Source: an uncultured candidate division Zixibacteria bacterium
GTDB lineage: Bacteria; Zixibacteria; MSB-5A5; GN15; FEB-12
Direction of reading: 5' to 3'
DNA: 10,119 bases
NCBI GenBank assembly: GCA_963806185.1
Contig: CAWDXE010000002.1
Location: forward strand, 1-10,119
The position numbers and the translations under genes were made by a program. A model generated the notes under the pieces. The model saw only the letters and a list, made by a program, of their open reading frames with translations, made no database searches and had not been told where the DNA came from. This document shows, piece by piece, positions 6,731-10,119 of the stretch (the first letter of the stretch is position 1; every line of letters begins with the position of its first letter).

Positions 6731-7396
6731 TTATTCCTTGCGGGAAAGGTTGCCGGCCGGGACGTAATACTTCTTGCCGCCGATCGGCCGATGAATTTGT
6801 TCGATCAGGTCGTCGAAATGCTCCGGTGTATGAACAAAATCAATATCGTCGGTCTTGACCACCAAAAGCGGCGTGTCAGCGTAGTGAAAGAAGAAGTAGT
6901 CGTACGCTTTGTTGAGGCTGTCAACATAATCAAAATCAATCGTTCGCTCAAATGTGAGGTTGCGCATCTTGATTCGTTCGAGCAATACTGCCGTCGACGC
7001 CTGCAGGTAGATCAGCAGGTCCGGGCGCGGCACGTCCTTGGCCAGCACCGGTGCGATCTTATTGTACAGGTTGAGTTCGCGCTCGTTGAGATTGATAGAC
7101 GCGAAGATCGAGTCCTTGGCGAACAGGTAGTCGGCTACGATTCGCTTGGCGAACAGGTCGCGCGTCACCAACTGCTGCTGCTGGTCGAACCGGGAGATGA
7201 GGAAGAAGAGCTGGCAGGGGAGAGCGTACTTCTTCCGGCTCTTGTAGAAGTCAACCAGGAACGGATTCTCGAATACCGGCTCCTGAAGCAGATCAGCTTC
7301 CAGCCTTTCGGCCAGCATGCGGGCAAAGGTCGTTTTGCCCACACCGATCACCCCCTCGACCGCGATAAAATTGGGTTCGAAACTATCGTGTGACAT
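6731..7396 (-). CDS. Deoxynucleoside kinase family protein (dgk/dck-like, folK-associated type)
   Basis: P-loop IAVEGVIGVGKTT, EPVFENPFLVDFY, QLFFLISRFDQ, PDLLIYLQAS and LERIKMRN..FE lid; 221 aa. It overlaps the end of folK by 14 nt. Confidence 0.9.
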   Translation of the reverse strand: MSHDSFEPNFIAVEGVIGVGKTTFARMLAERLEADLLQEPVFENPFLVDFYKSRKKYALPCQLFFLISRFDQQQQLVTRDLFAKRIVADYLFAKDSIFASINLNERELNLYNKIAPVLAKDVPRPDLLIYLQASTAVLLERIKMRNLTFERTIDFDYVDSLNKAYDYFFFHYADTPLLVVKTDDIDFVHTPEHFDDLIEQIHRPIGGKKYYVPAGNLSRKE

Positions 7397-7886
7397 GCTC
7401 TTTGTACAACAACACTCGCGCTCGGTCTTGTTCGGTCAAATAACCGGCTATCGGTTTGTCTTTGCCCGGATGTATGACATCCGGCGCTATCTCCAGAAGC
7501 GGCACCAAAGCAAACGGCCGTCTCAGAAGCTCCTTGTGCGGGATCGTGAGTCGATCGGTGGCAATCTGATGATTGCCGAAAAGGAGAATATCCAGATCGA
7601 TCGTGCGCGGCAGCCGTTTGCCTTTGTCGGTGCGACCGAACGCATGCTCGATCTCTTCAAGCGATGCCATAAGCGCCCCCGGTGTAAACTGGTATTCGGC
7701 CTGCACGACTTGATTCAGAAACGGCGGTGCATCGGAGGCCATGCCTTCGGCTTCGGAGTGATAAATCGATGAGATCCGAATTACTTCCAGCCCTTCGACC
7801 TCGGCCATCTGTTGTCTGGCTGTTTCGAGATACTGCTCCCGGTTACCCAGATCCGATCCCAGCAGAATGTATACGGTCTCGGCCAT
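7383..7886 (-). CDS. folK: 2-amino-4-hydroxy-6-hydroxymethyldihydropteridine diphosphokinase (HPPK)
   Basis: YILLGSDLGNRE, FLNQV, IEHAFGR, PRTIDLDIL and LTIPH...RPFALVPLLEI motifs; 167 aa. Confidence 0.96.
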   Translation of the reverse strand: MAETVYILLGSDLGNREQYLETARQQMAEVEGLEVIRISSIYHSEAEGMASDAPPFLNQVVQAEYQFTPGALMASLEEIEHAFGRTDKGKRLPRTIDLDILLFGNHQIATDRLTIPHKELLRRPFALVPLLEIAPDVIHPGKDKPIAGYLTEQDRARVLLYKEHVTR

Positions 7887-7892
7887 GAAACG

Positions 7893-8288
7893 TCACCTTT
7901 CAGTGGTATCGAGCATTGCGGTTGTGTTCCCCCGATAGCGCGTCATTTGCACTTCGATATGGCGAATGTGGCCCGCGATCGGCGGCGTCAGCTTGCGCAC
8001 ATGCAAAGTTACCCGTTGCAGGGGAAACTTGTCAAGCAGGACCGACGCAATCCTTCCGGCCAACGCTTCGACCAGTTTGAATTGCGTTTGTTCGACCACG
8101 TTGCGAATCGTCGTAAAGACGGCGCTATAATCGACGGTGTCGGGGAGGCTGTCGGTTTGGGAAGATTTGGTCAGATCGACTTCCAGTTCGGCGTCAACTT
8201 CATACATGCGACCGGTTTCCTGCTCGGCGGCGATGGCGCCGTGAAACGCGTAGAACGACATGCCGACCAGTCGTATGCAGTCACTCAT
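7893..8288 (-). CDS. folB: Dihydroneopterin aldolase
   Basis: FYAFHGAIAAEQETGRMYEVD, DTVDYS, FKLVEALA and VRKLTPPI motifs. The start is placed at ATG 8288, with GGAG at 8298-8295 lying 6 nt upstream, rather than the TTG at 8300. It overlaps the stop of the upstream gene. Confidence 0.94.
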   Translation of the reverse strand: MSDCIRLVGMSFYAFHGAIAAEQETGRMYEVDAELEVDLTKSSQTDSLPDTVDYSAVFTTIRNVVEQTQFKLVEALAGRIASVLLDKFPLQRVTLHVRKLTPPIAGHIRHIEVQMTRYRGNTTAMLDTTER

Positions 8289-9462
8289 CATGATCTCCAA
8301 TCGTCAGCAGGTTAAGACGGCGACTGACCCTTGCGGCGGCCTCCTTGTATGCCGTTGCACCCGCGGTGAGCGAGAAGCGCATATACCCTTCGCCGAGTTC
8401 TCCCATGCTGCTGCCGGGAACGGCGAGTATCCGATAGCGACGGTAGAGCAGACGCGCCAGGGTGGCCGAATGGGTCCTTCGATGAATGCGAGCCCAGAGG
8501 AATGGCACCGTCGACGAACTGGTCGCCTCAAGATTCAGCAGTGACATCAAGGTACGCGCCTCAGCATGATTCTCCCCCAAAAGTTGCCGAACGGACCTCA
8601 GATACTGGTTGGGATATTCTTTGATGGCTTGGCGGGCGAATTCTACCAGATAGACCGGGAGTTGCACGGGGAAGAGCGACTTGACGGCCCGAAGTCCCTC
8701 GAGTGCCTGACGACTGCCGACGGCAAAACCAAACGGCATACTCGGCAGGCCCAGCACCTGCGAAAACGAATACAGTTCCACTCCCGCCCGTTTTCCTCCT
8801 TCTACTGCCAACAAGGATATCGGCTTGCGATCGGGGATCGATTGGTGCGAGGCATCGTTGACAATCAGGAAATTCTCCTTGGCCGCGGACCAGACCAGTC
8901 TGGATAGATCCTTCTCGTTGAGTTCCGCTCCGGTTGGATCGTGCGGGGAATTTAATATGAACAGCGGCGCTATCCTTGTCAGTTGACCGGCCAGACGGTC
9001 AAGCTGTGGACGCCAGTCGGTCTTTGCCGAAATGAGGTAAGGGATGGGTTCCCCGCCACAGGCGGCGATTACCCGACGATAATGGGGCAAACCGACTCCC
9101 GGGACGAAAGCCGGATCACCCTGATCGACAAGACTCATGGTCAGCGCGAACAGGAGCGACGGTACGTCGGCGCCAACATACACTTCTTTGACACTGGCAA
9201 GGCGAACATGGAAGTGGCGTTCGAGCCACGCCATCAACTCCTCTTTCAGGCCCTCGATTTGGGCCGCAGTCGCAGCGGACAGATCGGCCTGAGTGAGACT
9301 GGAGTCCGGCGTGCGTGTGATCGGCCACTGAAGGTTGGCCAGGTCGATCAATTTTGCTCGTCGCAACAACGGCTGTCGCGGCAGTATTCGGGCAAAATCC
9401 GTGAGTTCGGGTGCCATCTGGTAGAGGCGGTCGGCCTTTTCGATAAGGATCTTCTTTACCAT
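8281..9462 (-). CDS. Aminotransferase class I/II (fold type I, DapL/AspC-like) family protein lacking the catalytic lysine; probable pseudoenzyme
   Basis: 393 aa. The scaffold is recognisable: LVDQGDPAFVP, AACGGEP, FILNSPHDPTGA, FLIVNDASH, GVELYSFSQVLG...FGFAVG, PFLWARI, ILAVPGSSMGELGEGYMRFSL. The SxSK lysine position holds Gln. Confidence 0.85.
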   Translation of the reverse strand: MVKKILIEKADRLYQMAPELTDFARILPRQPLLRRAKLIDLANLQWPITRTPDSSLTQADLSAATAAQIEGLKEELMAWLERHFHVRLASVKEVYVGADVPSLLFALTMSLVDQGDPAFVPGVGLPHYRRVIAACGGEPIPYLISAKTDWRPQLDRLAGQLTRIAPLFILNSPHDPTGAELNEKDLSRLVWSAAKENFLIVNDASHQSIPDRKPISLLAVEGGKRAGVELYSFSQVLGLPSMPFGFAVGSRQALEGLRAVKSLFPVQLPVYLVEFARQAIKEYPNQYLRSVRQLLGENHAEARTLMSLLNLEATSSSTVPFLWARIHRRTHSATLARLLYRRYRILAVPGSSMGELGEGYMRFSLTAGATAYKEAAARVSRRLNLLTIGDHDE

Positions 9463-9464
9463 TG

Positions 9465-10118
9465 TCAGCGTTCCCCCGTTTTGTCGTCCGTCGGGTTATT
9501 CAACGCTAGCCTCAGACTCACGAGTCGATCATAATCTTCCTTCGGAATCCGACCTACATTCCCGAGTTGGAGGGCCAGATGGCAAATCTTGGCGTATTGC
9601 TCCACCGTCTCCAGTCGGTTGAACGCTTCTTCAAGGCTCCGGCCCAGGGTCAGGACCCCATGATTTCGCAAGAGAAAGGCGTTGTGATCCGCAATGTAGG
9701 GAGCGAGCGAATGCGGCACGGCTTCGGTTCCCGGCGGGGCATACTCAGTCGTGGCAATTGGCCCGACGAAGACAATGACCTCCGGCAGGCAGTCATAGTC
9801 GAGCGGTCGGCCGGCTACCGCGAATGCGGTCGCACACGGAGGGTGGGCATGGACACAGGCAGAAATGTCAGGGCGGGCGCGGTATACAAACAGGTGCATT
9901 GCCATTTCTGACGATGGCCGTCCGTCTCCGCTCAATTTCCGACCGTCGAGATCAACCGTGATCATTGTCTCTGCCGACATGCGACCTTTGGCCACTCCCG
10001 AGGGGGTGATCAGAATTGTGTGGCTGTCCAGCCGAATCGAGATATTCCCGTCCGACCCGGCGATGAACTTGCGGGTATCGAGTCGCCTGCCGATTTCCAC
10101 GATCTGTTGTCGGGCTGT
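9465..10118 (-). CDS. Class II aldolase/adducin family protein (FucA/MtnB-like), 5' end outside the window
   Basis: GSDGNISIR, ITPSGVAKG, PSSEMAMHLFVY, VHAHPP and LLRNHGVLTLG; the catalytic Glu and three Zn-binding His are present. The frame stays open upstream of the GTG at 10100 (TARQQIV) to the window edge. Confidence 0.92.
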   Translation of the reverse strand, partial: TARQQIVEIGRRLDTRKFIAGSDGNISIRLDSHTILITPSGVAKGRMSAETMITVDLDGRKLSGDGRPSSEMAMHLFVYRARPDISACVHAHPPCATAFAVAGRPLDYDCLPEVIVFVGPIATTEYAPPGTEAVPHSLAPYIADHNAFLLRNHGVLTLGRSLEEAFNRLETVEQYAKICHLALQLGNVGRIPKEDYDRLVSLRLALNNPTDDKTGER

Positions 10119-10119
10119 A

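Noticed and set aside
7845..7862. FolK N-terminal motif reads GSDLGN instead of the usual GSNLGD
   Set aside because: A single motif variant with all other HPPK catalytic motifs (PRTIDLDIL, PH, R.F) intact; insufficient to infer altered function.
5927..9911. Long + strand ORFs antisense to panB, dNK, folK, folB, the aminotransferase and the aldolase (e.g. 6686..7393, 6262..6858, 8983..9534)
   Set aside because: Typical shadow ORFs of GC-rich coding sequence, with no motifs and fully overlapping confidently assigned - strand genes.

Overview
Bacterial window with two convergent blocks. The protein styles suggest an FCB-superphylum organism, possibly candidate phylum Zixibacteria; this is inference, not a database result. 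Plus strand: the 3' part of a TPR-like helical-repeat gene with an apparent +1 frameshift near nt 191, then a structured intergenic region, then two tandem paralogous Cys-rich secreted proteins (856 aa and about 699 aa). Both have a signal peptide, a cohesin-like domain, dockerin-like EF-hand module(s) each followed by a recurring uncharacterised beta-domain, and a C-terminal 'QNYPNPFNP...TRKM.L.K' T9SS-type/FlgD-Ig sorting domain. Neither has a recognisable catalytic domain. A bidirectional terminator (5843-5871) separates them from a tightly packed minus-strand operon: class II aldolase (5'-truncated), class I/II aminotransferase-fold protein, folB, folK, deoxynucleoside kinase-family gene, panB. 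The two strongest observations: (1) the aminotransferase-fold ORF is intact but has lost the PLP Schiff-base lysine and other PLP-binding residues, so it is a probable pseudoenzyme overlapping folB; (2) the two non-catalytic exported proteins each carry both cohesin-like and Cys-containing dockerin-like modules, suggesting a self-assembling surface scaffold. No RNA genes, CRISPR arrays or mobile elements were seen.
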